Both the position numbers and the translations under genes were made by a program. A DNA stretch of 64,000 bases from Lama guanicoe (lineage: Eukaryota): the NCBI GenBank assembly GCA_013239625.1, contig MU053520.1, positions 586,934-650,933 on the forward strand, written 5' to 3'. Within the stretch, counting starts at the first letter, position 1. Every line of letters begins with the position of its first letter. The notes under the pieces are model-generated. The model had not been told where the DNA came from. It saw only the letters and a list, made by a program, of their open reading frames with translations, and ran no database searches. Shown here in pieces: positions 25,191 to 39,379 of this stretch.

Positions 25191-25756
25191 GTTGTTTTTC
25201 TTCTTTTATTGAAACTTCTAAATTTTATGCCTATAATTTGGACATGTGCATATTTGTAAAACATGAAAGACATGATAGTTTTCTTCTATTTGATTCATAT
25301 AAGGACTGTTTAAGATAAGAGTTCCATTCTAATTAAGAATAATTAGAAACAAAAAACAAGGTGAGAACTTCAGTCACATATTCATGCTGCAGCTCTGCTT
25401 TTCATTTTTAGCTAAATAGCTATCCAATTGGTAAAATTAGGTATTTTGTAAATTAGATATCATGGGTAGTAGTTGGTCCAAATTTTATTTGGTAATTTCT
25501 AGTTTACCAAAGAAAAAAAAATTAGAATCACTGTACTCACTACTTACATTAAGCACTAAACACAGTTTTATATGGTGCTTCCAAAGGTAATTCAGAAACT
25601 AGCAATACTTTGGGATATTGATAATGACAATATTTTTCATTGTAATATTATGGAAATGGAAATTATAATATTTTTCAATTGTTGAAATTCCAGTAGCCTG
25701 CTCTTACTTTGTCTTTTAAAAAATGTCCCAAGCCTTGAGTTCTCTTAGTTATTTAA

Positions 25757-25790
25757 ACACATCACACACACACACATACACACACTCACA
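25757..25790 (+). repeat. Imperfect (CA)n microsatellite
   Basis: acacatcacacacacacacatacacacactcaca. Confidence 0.85.
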
Positions 25791-27357
25791 AACTGTATCA
25801 CATTTCATGACTATATAGTTATTTAGAAAGAAAGCATCTTTTCTTTGACATTTTTCAGTCTTACTGAGCAATAATCACAGAGGGAAATCCACAGCCATTT
25901 GTCTTCAGTGCAATCATTTGTAATCTGTTTGGATAACTGAACTGTCAACTTGGCCCCAGCCAGGATTCCCTTGCCATCAGAACATTTGTTTACTCTGTAG
26001 TAGTTAGTGATTTTATTTTAATATGCCTCGTTAGTGCAAGTAGCACTGTCTCAAAACTACTATTAAGGAGAAGAAAATGCTCAGTGCTACACATGAGAAT
26101 AAACTGCTGAAATAATGTATATGTTTTTGTAATAATAAGTAATCTACCACTGAATCAGTTTCATTTCTCTTACCAGAAATCCCCAGCCTGACTTTCTTGT
26201 GCTTCTGCTGTCTTTGTTAGCATATTTTAAATTTTAATTTTTTCATGTGTAATATATTGGTGTTTTGTAATCTGATTTGTTCCAGAATCCTACCAAAATA
26301 TATTCATAGATGGATGGAAATATAATGCATTTATGCTGTTCTAAGAATTATTTAGGCTTCTTTTGTTGGTAGATGTGTTCTTAAATAACAAAACAGCTAA
26401 CTATATTCCATACAAGTGCATAGTCCCTTTTGAAACTTCTTTTACAAGTTAATTCTGGGTTCAGTTTGACAGTGGAGACAGGCAAGCCGAGATGTCAAGA
26501 ACTTCTGGGAGAACAAGTAACTAATGTTACCTCAGATTGACAAAGAATATAGTGTCCAGATCATTGCAGAAAAGCAACAATGCAGCTGTTAAACTGCTCT
26601 GTAAGTAACAAAAGTTAGACTGACATTTATTAGAGGAAAGTATTCCCCTCCACCGTTTTGGGAAAGAACCGCCCTTTGACCAGCTTTCTCCGTCTTGGAC
26701 ACTTGGTATACAATATACCCTTAAGTATTGTTGTTGCAAATTGCCAAGATTTTAAAGACAATGCTTGATTTCAATAGAAGAATAAAGCAAAGTAAATGCT
26801 GTCTGCTCCTGTTATTTAGAACCATTATCTTTTTTCGTTATGACTCTCTACAAGAGAATGAAAAGGGAGCTTCCTTCTTTTTGATTACACACATTGAACT
26901 GTTCAATGAATTCTTCAGTGATTAGCTAATAAAATACAGTACTTGAAGTGACCTGGGTTTTGTGTCTACTTATTTAACATTTATAGTTTATTAGAGAGCT
27001 GATACAAAATTTCATCCCTAAACAGCATCGCTAAGGCCTCCTAGGAAACTAGGTATGTGATACAATTTTTAGATTGTTAGGAGGCTAATGTTTGTACCCT
27101 CACCATCAAATCTACCATAGTTTCTGCCTTATATCTTCAAACCATAAGCATATTTGACAACTCTTAAAAGTTTAAACTGCTTTAAGATTTACACTGCTAT
27201 ATATGATTTTTAAATAATAGTAGGGTTGAGGAATCCAAAAGCATGTTTGGAACAGTGAAATTTAGAAATTAAAATTTCTAGGATTGAACTTCCCTCATTT
27301 GGAGGTACAAACACAAACCTTATTTTGATTATTTTCCTTGCATGGTGATAACAGTTA

Positions 27358-27570
27358 CGTCTTAATCCATTTGGGCTTCTGTAACAAATATAGGATAAAC
27401 TGTGTGGCTTATAAACAACAAACATTTATTTTTTATAGTTCTGGAGGATGGGAAGTCCAAGACCATGGGGCAGACAGATTGGTTGACTAACTTTTCACTG
27501 TTAGCTTACATAGTGGAAGGGGCAAGAGATTTCTCTGGGACCATTTTTATAAGAGCACTAATCCCACCCC
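27358..27570 (-). mobile_element. MaLR LTR fragment (MLT1A-like)
   Basis: 'gtcttaatccatttgggcttctgtaacaaa...ggcttataaacaacaaacatttatt...gttctggaggatgggaagtccaagacca'. Confidence 0.85.
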
Positions 27571-28200
27571 AAAAACCTGGTTCTGGGCTACATCAGACAG
27601 CAAATGCTCTGAGTAATCAGGGATTGAAGATTTGGAAGCATTTGGGCAAGTGAAAAAAGAAATGACTGTCTCTAGAAGGTGTACATAATTCTGGCAGGAT
27701 TCTCTGAAGTAGTAATTCATTCATTCATACCTATTCATTAATTCTAACAAACATTTGGTGAGGATCTAACATGTATTAGTTAATGGCAATCAAGGCAGGT
27801 GGTATGGAAGCAGTAATCTGTCAAGTTTAGATTGAGGACTGAGGAAAGCCCTGATAGGCTCCAAATGGAAAGCAATTGTAAAGTATAGGAAATAAGTAGT
27901 CCAAGAACACATGCAAACAAAAAAAATGTGTTCGGATAAGTATGGCTAGGGAGAATGGAGGGATAAAGTTGATCTGTACATGTATATTTGTTCATGCAGA
28001 AGTGGGTACTTACCTATAAATAACTCCAGATCCAAAGTAATGGTAAGCTTAATGCTGAAGAGTTGTTTTTAAATATTCAACAAATATTTACTATAAAAAG
28101 AGCAGCAAAATCAGAAACATGAGACATGTAGAATCTAAATTTGAAGTTTGTTGCACAAGTAGGGGTCACATTCAGAAGTAGGGGCTCACGTATCAATCAT

Positions 28201-28444
28201 CAGAGGGATAAATTTGGGAGTTTGAGATTTGCAAGTGTTAACCAATGTATATAAAAATTAAAAAACAAATTCCTTCTGTATAGCACAAGGAACTGTATTA
28301 AGTATCTAGTAATAATATTTAATGAAAAAGAATATGAAAAAGAAAAAAAACATATATATATATACATATACACACATGACTGAGACATTGATCTGTACAC
28401 CAGAAATTGATACATTGTAACTGACTATACTTCAATTTAAAAAA
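28201..28444 (+). mobile_element. 5'-truncated LINE-1 3' UTR insertion
   Basis: 3' UTR ending 'gtaactgactatacttcaatttaaaaaaa', with a candidate TSD AATCAT (28195-28200 / 28445-28450). Confidence 0.9.
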
Positions 28445-30305
28445 AATCATAAGAGAGCCAAGTCAGAAAGAACCCTCTGGTAGATGTGAGCTTGCCCTTG
28501 GGGATGTCTAACTGCATATTTGTCTTGGGCACACTCTCCCATTTTTTGGAATAAATAATAATTTTTTTCAAACTATAAAATCATATTGTTCATTTGCTAA
28601 CACTTGCTACATCCTAAAGACTATAGACTCAACACTCAGAGGCAGTCATTTTTTATCATTACATGGCTTCCTTTCCCTCAGATTGCATACTGCTTTATAT
28701 AGCTAGAGCTGCTATACGTAATTTTGTCACTTTCTTCATTTAACATCACCAGTGGTTCCTTAAATAATATAATTTCTGTCTCTGCATAAGAAAAGGTCAT
28801 TTTTTAGCTTGTGAAGGCATTTTCTCTCTTTCAAACAATATATCTAAAAGGCTCAAGAAATGTGATTTTAATCAATCTTCAACTGATTGATTTTCATCGC
28901 AGAAAACTATCAAGGTCAGAAATATTTTTCATTAAAAAAAATATAGTTCCTGAGTAAAAGCAAGGGGGGAAATATTACCCCCCAAAAAAGTAATTATACT
29001 CTCTACTTTTACCTTTGGTTTGCTTTTGACCTTCTTAATTTTCACCAAATACTTGTTTTTTGTCAGCCACAGATTTGCATAGAGTAACTCATCAAGGATA
29101 GGAATCTTATGGTTTTCCATGACTTTTTTCAGATCCTTATCCTCAAAACCCCAGTCTACCTAGATCTGAACATAAAATGAAAACATATTTATTCCAGAAT
29201 AAAAATGTATTAAATATATATGTGTATTTTTAGTATATGTAATATTAAAGCTATGTACTTAGTCTTATATGCAATCTGTGTCTTCTAGAAAAATAGAAGC
29301 TATATCTTTCTATTGTGCATATTAGATAAAGCATAATATTCTCACCAATAAATCTTGCTGCTAATGAACTACTAGAAACTCCTATCCATGCTTGCTAAAA
29401 TCTCACACCAAGCTCCCAGGTTTCATTTAAAAAATACTTGCCTGAACAGAACACTTTATTCCTTTCAGCCTAGATGGTTTATAAGTAAAATCCAATCAGT
29501 ATTGAGTACTTTGCAATGTATTCTTTTTAGTAATAATCCTGGCACTAATAATAATATAACATATTCAGTGGGCCTCTTTGAGAAATGCTGTTCTTACTCT
29601 GAAAAACAGAATTATTAAAAAGATGATAGTTGGAACTATAAGATAGGTGAAAATTCAGTCTAATTTCCTGCAGGTCTGTAAGAATCTTAATGAACTTATC
29701 TCCTTGACAACTTGTGATTTAGCTGCCCACATCCACCTTTGGGGATAGTGATACTCCCCTGTGTTACTCAAGAGCATAAGATGAGTATTGGGTTGCCAAA
29801 ACTTTCATTAAAATTGTATGTAACTGCTCTCGAGAGCATGGAACTTGCATAACACTTTACTATGAATGAATTATGCATGTCAGTTTCTATACTCACCCTA
29901 TTTTTATGTTTAGTTTTTAAGCATATTTATAGTGAGGTTCTCATAAGCTCATTATGCTGTAAATATATTTTAAAAGAAGCATACTCTGTCACTGATCGAA
30001 AACAACAAAAATGTCTTCAGGAAGCTCAAATTTATATGTACTAATATACAACCAAAATCCTCAAACTGTAATTCACTATCAAAGTTGGAGTCATTTAAAG
30101 ATTTACTGAAATCTCTAGTACATATGGCCCCCAGGCACTGTAAATTATAGTTCAGGAAGAAATCTGATAAAGTTTAAACATTGAAAGTATCATATTAAGC
30201 AGTCCTTAATCTTCTGAGACAGAATCAAGAAATTCAAGGGAAAAATTTACTGAAGACAAAGTCCTTTGTATGCCTATTTATTCTTTAACTCTGTTTATAT
30301 AATGC

Positions 30306-31337
30306 TGTATTGGAAGGCCCAAGGCCACTCCCAGGTTCAGTCATTTGCTAGAAAGATTCACAAGAATCAACATAAGATTTATTACAAGAAAATTATAAAG
30401 AATAAATCCAGCAAAGAATGAAGGTATATGGGGCAGAATCCAGAGAAATCAAGCCCACATTTCTAAGAGTCTCCTCCCTATGAGGTCATGCACGGGACAT
30501 GCTTAATTTCTCCAGAATCATTAGTGCTATCATTTGTGAAGTGTTACCTACTAACGAAGCTTATTTGAAATTTAGTGTCCGAGGTTTTTAATGGGAGAAT
30601 TTCACATAGACACCCTCTGTGTAGCATGTACCAAAATTCCAAACTCCCAGAATGGAAGCAGGTGTTCAGTATAAACCACATTGTCTGTATAGTTTAGGCA
30701 CAATTAAATGCTCTTTTCCATTCTGAGGAAAGTAAAGATGTTGCCAAGTCCAAAATCATTCTGCTTGCTGCAAGAGAAGCCAATAAATCTGAAGATGAGG
30801 TGTAGGGGCAAGGAATAACTATTTGGAAAGCCAGCTGACTGAGAAGATGGTAGACTAATGTTCTGGAGAACTGTCTTACCCAACTTAGAATTCAGGCTTT
30901 TTTTATACTAAAAAGGGGAGGAGGTGTGGTTAGTTATTGCAAACTTCTTGGTGTCAAAATCCTTTGTTCTTGCAACTGTCATAGGTCAGGTCATGTTGTT
31001 CTTATAAACTTCCATCAAGACAAATGTTATTCTTTGTTCTGCAACATTTTATCTCTATATGGATAGAAAAGCATTATACCCTTAAAGATCAGAGCCTCAA
31101 GGATGAGCTATCTTACATATTTCAGGCTATAGGCAACATTCTTTTACAAAAGGTGCAGAACCAGCATGACTAAACACAGAAAACAGAGCACAAGGTTAGA
31201 GCTAAAGGAACAGATCTAATATGGAGTCAGATTTGTTCTTCCTTATTACAAGGATTCTCCTGAAATCCAAATTTCCCGTCACTAGCTAAGGGCCAAACTT
31301 GTAAGCAGGACTTTCTGTGTTAATTCTTATCTACACA
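30306..31337 (-). mobile_element. MER21-like (ERVL) solo LTR, split by a nested LTR
   Basis: TG...CA termini, 'cccaaggccactcccaggttcagtcatttgctaga' and 'aattcttatctacaca'. The flanks AATGC/AACAC are a candidate 5-bp TSD. Confidence 0.8.
30739..31250 (-). mobile_element. ERV1-class solo LTR, 512 bp, nested in the MER21-like LTR
   Basis: TG...CA termini, a 4-bp TSD AAGA/AGGA with one mismatch, and the minus-strand start tgtaataaggaagaacaaatctgactccat. Confidence 0.8.
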
Positions 31338-33223
31338 AACACCGTCCTAGAAAATTAGTTGTTTTAAATTCATATGTATTTTTATCATATCACTTAAGAC
31401 TATTTCCATCTTGATAACACAAAATGCGTGTTCAAATGCAGAGTTGGGGAAAGATGTGCAGTAGCACATCCTTATACAGATTTCCCACCCTACAGATTCA
31501 GTAGATGTATATAATCTCAAAAGCATAGGTAATAGTAAGATGCTGTGAAATAGGAAGTGATGAGTTCTGAGTACGTATTACCTTTGTTTTTAATTTTACT
31601 GATTTTGAATAATGACTGTGCTTGACAGTTACCTTGCAAAGTCCCTGAAATTTACCCTTTAGTGAGCTGGCTTTGGTATCCCACAACAACACAAGCACTT
31701 ATCAATCATCATGTTTACTAATTACTATCCTATCAATCACCTTTCTAAGTCAAGAGATGCAGAAGTACACAACTTCCATGAAGACAGGGGAGAAGACTGG
31801 AAGGTTTGCTTAAAAAAGCTCTAACCTACCACACAAACTCCTACTTTGTATTGCACAGTTTTCATAATGTTTTCACTTGCCTTATTTAATTCTAATTTAA
31901 CTTTATGGACAAAGAAATTAAAGTTCTAATTTTTTTCTTTAACCAGTATTATCCACTCAGTGGTAGAATATAGGCAAGAGATGGGCGAAGTCCCCACATA
32001 TTTCTTAGTTCTTGTTCTATTTAGGTGCCCTAAATTTAAACTCAGAGCAGTCATTCTCAAGAAAGAATAAAGCTAACTTTTCCAACAGACCTGTAAACTC
32101 TTATTAGACTTTGAGTTTATAGTTTCTAGGCAACTTCCCTTTAAATTTCTGTTTAAGGTCTCTTCCAATGTGTTATGCTGCTTCAAATAGAAAAATCTCC
32201 AGGTCTCTGTTCTGGGGAGTCTGCATCTGACTTGCATGTGTCTTGGAGCTACTACAGACTCGGCTATGTAAAAGTATCCACAGAGCTGGACCATTTAACC
32301 CAATCCTGTTTGACAGTCCCTACATTTTTTATCTTGGAGAAGTGTAGCCTGCTCCTCTGGCCAATGAATATATGCCCTACTGCACTTGAGAAGTCTTATT
32401 TTATATGAAGTTATACCCACACTGGTAATGAACTAAACATAAGGGTGGCATGCCATGGAGAGAATCCTTGTGTGACTCACATTCAGTTTCTATCATCCCT
32501 AAAATCTTTAACATCTCTTAAAAATAATCTCATTGTCTCAGAGAGTTTTTTTTAAATTATAGAACAAGTATCTTTTGTATATCTTTTGAAATTCATTTAT
32601 TGAATGAAAGATTCTTCAAATTCTATAATGCTTTTCAATTTTCAGAAGTTCACACACAATTTCATATAATCCTATAATAACTCTTTCTCCCCCTACCTCG
32701 ATGGTGCCCTCCCACCTCTTCTTTATCTATTTCCAGGATTGTAGAAACAGAATTGACTGTCTACTTTCCCCTAGTGCTGACAAATGTCTCCAGGAGACAT
32801 TTCATTAGTAGACACCTTTAGGGCTTGTAGATCGTCAGTGTCACAACCAGCACACCTAACTCAGTCCAGTCTCCTCCTTGTCTGGGTAATTTTCATTTGT
32901 GTCTTATCTCACAAGCCAGATTATAAAGTCCTTCAGGATAATAACTTCATCTTATCTGCCCGTTGTATCATTTCAGACTGCTTTAAAGCCTATACTCCTA
33001 GAGAAAGAAAGGACGGGAACAGAGAACAGGAAAATCATCCCTGTCTATAATTCATTTGTTACACTAATTAAATTTACATCTCAGTCAGGGATGCATGTGC
33101 TTAAGCAACATTCATTAAATCCATAATGATTTTATGCCAACAAATACTCCAGGAATGCTACCACACTCTATCCTATGGAATCTTGCCTTAGGTTTATAAC
33201 TCCCCTTATAACTCCCACTCCTC

Positions 33224-33440
33224 TAAGACAGGAGGGAAGAGGGCAGGGCACAACCATTAAAGGAATGACAGCAGTTAGCACCTGGATGGCAGAAAATTCA
33301 ACTCCCAGTATATCCTGGGGCCCAGGATGGTGGGAGATTTAACTTCCAGCAGACGTTGAGCTTCATTACACACTCATCGTAATACATTAGCCTGGTCAGT
33401 GACACTCCACCAGGCATATGGTCAATGACACTCTCACGTT
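33224..33440 (+). mobile_element. Truncated 5' part of an ERV1 LTR of the same family as 7644-8308
   Basis: Aligns by eye to the reverse complement of ~8110-8308 (agacagga.ggaag.gggcagggcaca.ccatt.aaggaat...gatggtgggagattt.acttc). Confidence 0.85.
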
Positions 33441-34389
33441 CATTTTTTTAAATCATTCTTTTCTGATCTTACTTTTCATTAATTCATTTCATTCATAATA
33501 ACTTCATTCATTCTAAATCTCGTAATTTCTGTGTTAAATAGATGATACAATAAATATTGAAGAAACCAAATAGATTTTTTTATTAAAACAAAATTATTTG
33601 TACATTGTGTTTACATTTGTAGTAATACATCAAATTTCAAGTATTTGTCTTTGAGGAACATTGCCTATCAAATTCTATTTTGGTTGACTCATTAATACAT
33701 GTTCATTTTAGTTTATTGTGTTATTTAAATTCTGAAATTTTGATCATATAGATCTTAATTTTGAAAGTGATGCTATGTTGTGCACTCACTTGTTCTATTT
33801 TACCCTGTGCACACACCTGGCCTATAAAAAAATGTTAACTTCAAAATACTGTAAAGTGAAATTCAGAGTTCTCCTCATAATATACACCTCATAATTAAAT
33901 GTTAAATTAAATATTAAAATAAAATTGAAATATATATATATATGGTAATATGCAACTATGATAAAATGTATGCCTTTAATATATATTTTTAAGTAAGATT
34001 CTGTTAGTAAATCCACATCAGTCTGGGTGACATCCTGGTTTTATTCACATATTCATTTGAGAACAATAAAAATCAGCAAAATTTTTCAGCATTTAATTGT
34101 AGTTAAAATAGAGCAGATATCTAGAATGATATCTATCATAGATTACTCCAATTACATTAACTTTTAATTTTATTCTTAAAACACTTTTTAAAATAGACTA
34201 GGGGGCAGAAGGTAGTTATTATATGCCAATAATAAATTGGTTTACCCTTTTTCTTTAGACAATATTGCATGTTTTTCCGATACAGTAGCTATCTTGTATA
34301 TTGCTCAATTCAGTCATCAGGTACATAAAACTGCTGAGAAAGAAACACTCTCTAGATGCCCTGAACAGGATATCGATGTACATACACTA

Positions 34390-34615
34390 CCATGGTTGAA
34401 GACTTTAGAATCTTATATACTAGAGTTTGGTTGATACATCTGTCATAAACTTGTAATTTTGGGTGAATTATATAACTTCTTTAAGTCTCAGCTTTCTCAT
34501 CAGGGAAATTGAACTAATAATAGTACTAGAGCATAGGTTGCATTGAAGATTAAATGAAATTATGCATGCAAATACCTAGCTAATGTCCTGATATGTCATG
34601 AATGGCTAATACTCA
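34390..34615 (+). mobile_element. MIR SINE
   Basis: 'aacttgtaattttgggtgaattatataacttctttaagtctcagctttctcatc...ttgaagattaaatgaaat'. Confidence 0.75.
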
Positions 34616-34703
34616 AATTTTCCCACCTTATTCTTCATACATCTTATTCTCACCCTTCTCCAAATCTGAAGTGTCCAAATCCTAGCAAAATTATCTTCTA
34701 AGT

Positions 34704-34798
34704 GAAAAAGAAAGAGAAAGGGAGGAAGGGAAGAAGGAAGGGAGGGAGGAAGAAAGGGACTGAGGAAAGAAAAAAGGAAGGAAGAGAAAGAGAGAGAA
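34704..34798 (+). repeat. Polypurine (GGAA/GA)-rich low-complexity tract
   Basis: About 95 nt that is almost entirely A/G. Confidence 0.85.
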
Positions 34799-37129
34799 CT
34801 TTGAGTGCAATGGTCAAATTTTTATGAGATTAGTATTCACTGGAACTATTATAATTATAATTGTAATTATAATACTTCAGTTAGTGGTGATTTTTTGCAT
34901 TGCACTGAATCTATAAAGATATTTTATCCTGACCTATAGTTGTAGCAAGGCAGTACTTGAAGGTGAGCAATAATAAATCCATTTTAAAACATCATTTTAT
35001 TAATGCTCTGAGACGTACTGAACAGTCATTGCGCTCATTCTACAGTTGGCAAATTAAATGAAGTTCTGAGTTATCATAATTTACCCAAGAGGTGCCTTAC
35101 ACCTAAAATTCCTCATGACGGTGATTTAAACTTGTCTCTTGACTACATGTCTAATCCTCTAATGATTTTCTCTTCCATTTTCTGTTAGTCACTGTTAGTA
35201 TATTCAACGACTCTGTTTCTCTTAGAGTCTGACAACACAAAATTTAACTATTGGTACAAACTCAAAACAGCTTCTCTCTACTATTGTTGCTTTGATTTCT
35301 TAGGCTATTCCAACATACATTTAAACAAGCCTCATTTCTCAGTTCAGACTGGGAGACAATCAGAACTGACATCTTTTCATATAAGCACTTTCCTCTCTTC
35401 AGATGCCATGAAATCAGTTATTGCCATAGAACCTGAATTTGTAACAGTAATAAAAAGGGTAGAGAGTGAAATAAAGTGAAGATTTAAAGATTAGACACAC
35501 TGGAACTGTAAAGTCCTTATTCTCCCAAATCTATGTCCACACGTCATGATGGGCATTTCAGGGTCAAAATGACAGAGGAAAGCACACTTGCAGAAATTAA
35601 ACTTAATCCCAACACTGCCTATTGTTTTGTAGTAATTATAGTAAACATTGTTTATAGAACTCAGAGGCTGGAAATACAGAAACACAGTGGGCATGTTTTC
35701 TGACTCTATGTAAGCCTTTCACATAGGTTTGTGGACCACTATAATAAAAGAAAATCCTTTGAGATGTGGTTATGTTTTTATTGACATAGTGAATTACCCA
35801 GCATCCAAGATGGTCTGGCAGAGAATTGATCCCCCTTACTGCTTTTTATAGAACCTTGTTTCTTTTCATCACTGTGACTTACAATAGTCCGTCTTAAAAG
35901 GTAAATATGTACTGAGACATTTTATAATAGAAAAGGCCTAATTCTGAAAGCTACTCTTTTTTTCCTTATAAATTTCACTTAATACATATATAATGGTTAA
36001 CTTCAACATGCACTTTTATGCAACTGTTTGATGAAACTGTCTTAAATGGCAGTATTAAATATTTAAAGTCAAAATAGATTAGGTCTACCTAAGTTCATAA
36101 ACCTTCCTCACCAGTACACATGTAAACAGACAAACTGAAGGTTATCTTAGTACATCCCTCTACTATTCCTAGACATTGATGAATTATAAAATCTGTTGGG
36201 CACAATTAAGCATATTGTTCTTTAGTTTCTCGGTTTTTGTATGTCACTATACAATTAACCTTCTTAAATCATAATAAAATATTTTTAATTTAATTTTAAT
36301 AGAGCATTCCAGACTATCATCACAGTTTCTTAAAAATGTGGAATTAAAGGTTAAAAAACCTACTATATATACAACTATATTTGCATATAGACCACTTGCT
36401 GAGTTTGGTCCGTCCATACACTAATATTTGACAAATTACCCACCCTCAAATTAAAGAAAAATGTAGAATCATTAAAAAAAAATTGGCCTGGTGCCTCTGA
36501 CTTTGGATAAGAACAGTAAGTAATTGCATCAGAAATTTGTTCTACTAGAATCCTCCTTTCTTTATAATATCAGTTACATTTCCAAATTCTAATGCTTGAT
36601 AAATGCCTTTTAAACGAATACATTTACATATACTTTCTTTTGTCCAATTACACACAACTTTCCAACCTCCCTATCATAGGCTCCATTTAATTTTTTGTAA
36701 TTCATGTTTTTGCCTAATTCCTTCATCAAAATCCAGAAACATTGTCTAAAGGGTCAGTTTCCACATTGAAACCATAAAGTATCTAAAGCACAATCAGTCA
36801 CAGAACTAGGCTAATACTGAGACCATCTGGATAAATATGTTCAAAATCAGACACCACCCATCCCCAAGCTCACAGAGCTAGTTCGTCTTTGCCAAAGACA
36901 ATGGCCAGCCTGTGCATTAGGCACCCTTGTTTTCACTACTCACCTTATCTCTGCATCACTGAGGCCAAAAGTCACATCCATGCTCTTAATTTTAGTATTA
37001 TGTTGTTAAAGTAAAATAAAATATCTTCTGCTCTAGGCCCACCCATTTGAGTCTATTATAATTATTCTCCATAGATAAGCCTCTTTAACCTCCACTGGAT
37101 CTTCACATTATTTTCTACTTCTGTGCCAG

Positions 37130-37330
37130 CCCACATCCATTCTAGCAGCTTAGCTCTGTGCCTTTAGGGAAGTTATCATTGTTGAGTTTCAATTTCTTGA
37201 ACTCTAATGTGAATCAATAAGCCTGCCTGCCTTTTAATATCCCAGTGAAGATTGAGTGAGGAGTTTCTAGTCAAGAGCTGAGACTCCTTTGATGTTGAGT
37301 AAATGCTCATTGCATATTAACTTATTCAAT
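37130..37330 (+). mobile_element. Decayed MIR
   Basis: 'ttagctctgtgcctttagggaagttat...gagtttcaatttcttgaactctaa...gtgaagattgagtgag'. Confidence 0.5.
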
Positions 37331-37754
37331 GATGATGACGATGACAATCTCTTTCATAGTCACATACAAAAATCTATTACCATAGAAAATGTCCTACCAT
37401 TCCCATAGTTTGGAGTGAAAGCAATCTGGGATAAGGATACAGTCAAAAAGAGGGAATCAAGTCCTATTGAAATCGCCTCTGAATTCACAAATATAAGACA
37501 AGAGCTCAAGAATTAGAAGATGATTTAGAGGCAAGGGAAAGGGAGAATAATGTCTTGATCTGTATGTAGACAGAAAATAAAAGAGTAGGCCAGAAGCAGG
37601 TTGAAGGAAGGAAGCAAGACTTATATATGAGGACATGATGGGAGTGTGGGTTCCATGTTATAGAGCTGAAATGTTAAGAATTCTACGATGACAGAACAAA
37701 ATCTCCAAAAACTCTGCCCTTCTTAGAATCAGACTTCCAGTAACTGTAGCCAAC

Positions 37755-38625
37755 ATAAGAAAACAAAAGTTAAAATTTTATGGAAACACAAAAGACCCCA
37801 AATAGCAAAAAAAAAATCTTGAAAAAGGAGAATGGAGCTGGGGGAATCAGGGTCCCTGACTTCACACTGTACTACAAAGCTACAATAATCAAAACAGTAT
37901 GATACTGGCACAAAAACAGACACATAGATCAATGGAACAGAATATAATGCTCCAAAATAAACCTACACACATATGGTCACTTAATCTAGAACAAAGGTGG
38001 CAAAAATATACAATGGGGAAAAGACAGCCTCTTCAAAAAATGGTGCTGGGAAAGTTGGACAGCTACATGTAAAAGAAAAAAAATGAGACTAGAATATTTC
38101 CTTATGACATATACAAAAAAAAAAACTCAAAATGTATTAAAGACTTAAGTGTCAGACCTGAAACCATAAAACTCCTAAAAGAAAACAGGCAGTGCACTCT
38201 TTGACATAGCTCTTAGCAAATTTTTTGGATATGTTTCCTCAGGCAAGATAAACTAAAGCAAAAATAAATGAGATCTAATCAAACTTAAAAATTTTTGAGT
38301 GGTGAAGGAAACCATCAACGAAATGAAGAGGCAACCTACTGAATAAATGGGAAAAGACAGTAGCAAATTCTATGTACAATAAGAGGTTAATATCCAAAAT
38401 ACATGAAGAACTCATACAATTCAATACCAAAAAAAAAAACAACACAAAACAAACTTGAAGTAAAAATGGGCAGAAGACCTGAAGACCTGAATAGGCATTT
38501 TTCTAAAGAAGACAAACAGATGACCAATAGGCACATGGGAAGATGCTCAACATCACTAATCACGAGGGAAACACAAATCAAAACCACCTTACACCTGTCA
38601 GCATGACTATTGTCAAGAAAACAAT
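37755..38625 (+). mobile_element. Internal LINE-1 ORF2 fragment without a 3' tail
   Basis: 'gctgggggaatcagggtccctgacttcacactgtactacaaagctaca'; ORF 38403..38606 encodes [30 protein letters not shown]. Confidence 0.9.
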
Positions 38626-39379
38626 TTTAAAACCACTGTAGTGAACATTTTCAGAACATCCCAGAACAGTACTTGCTAATAATGTTTCAGAGGAGGTAGA
38701 GAGTGGAAATAGAAGGAGAAAAAGAATATGCACTAGGATTTAGGAATCTAGGGTTCAGCTCTTCATGCAAATCTAGACATTTGAAAAATTCCTTCCTTTA
38801 ATAGCCCTGGCAATCCCCAAGGAATGACACAGATGAGTCCGCAAATCAACCAGGCTGTTGCAGACGGATGCAGAAATGCACATCCATTGAAACTGATGTG
38901 ATTGCAGCCACTGTCATTCATTTTTGGGCTAGCAGGTCTAGAGTTCTGTTTTCTAACTGACTTGGGTTAAATAGGAATTTACAGTCAGTAAAATATGCTC
39001 TTGAAACTTACAAAGTCAGCTAGACAACATATTTTGAAATAAGAGGGATCATCTCTCTCCCTAAGTGTTAAACTCAATTATTGAGAAGGTCCCATATCCA
39101 GGTGGCTGGCGCTCTAAAATCCTCCAGAATCATTTAGTTTCCACTGTGGCTATAACAATACAAAAAATATATTTTAATTATTCTTTAGGGAATGTAGCTA
39201 CATCTGGCCCATGAAGCCAGACTGTTTACTTCAAGATAAATATACTTCTCAGGAACCTTGATAACTTTTCTAGAATTCTGGCTTCTAACATTCCTACCTA
39301 TTGTTTACATTTATCATGAATGTTTGTATTTATGTATGTATTTGAAGATTTATCCTAGATATTCTTGAATCTGTCTCTT

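Noticed and set aside
34848..34875. AT-rich near-palindrome tattataattataattgtaattataata
   Set aside because: A low-complexity (ATTATA)n repeat is self-complementary by nature.
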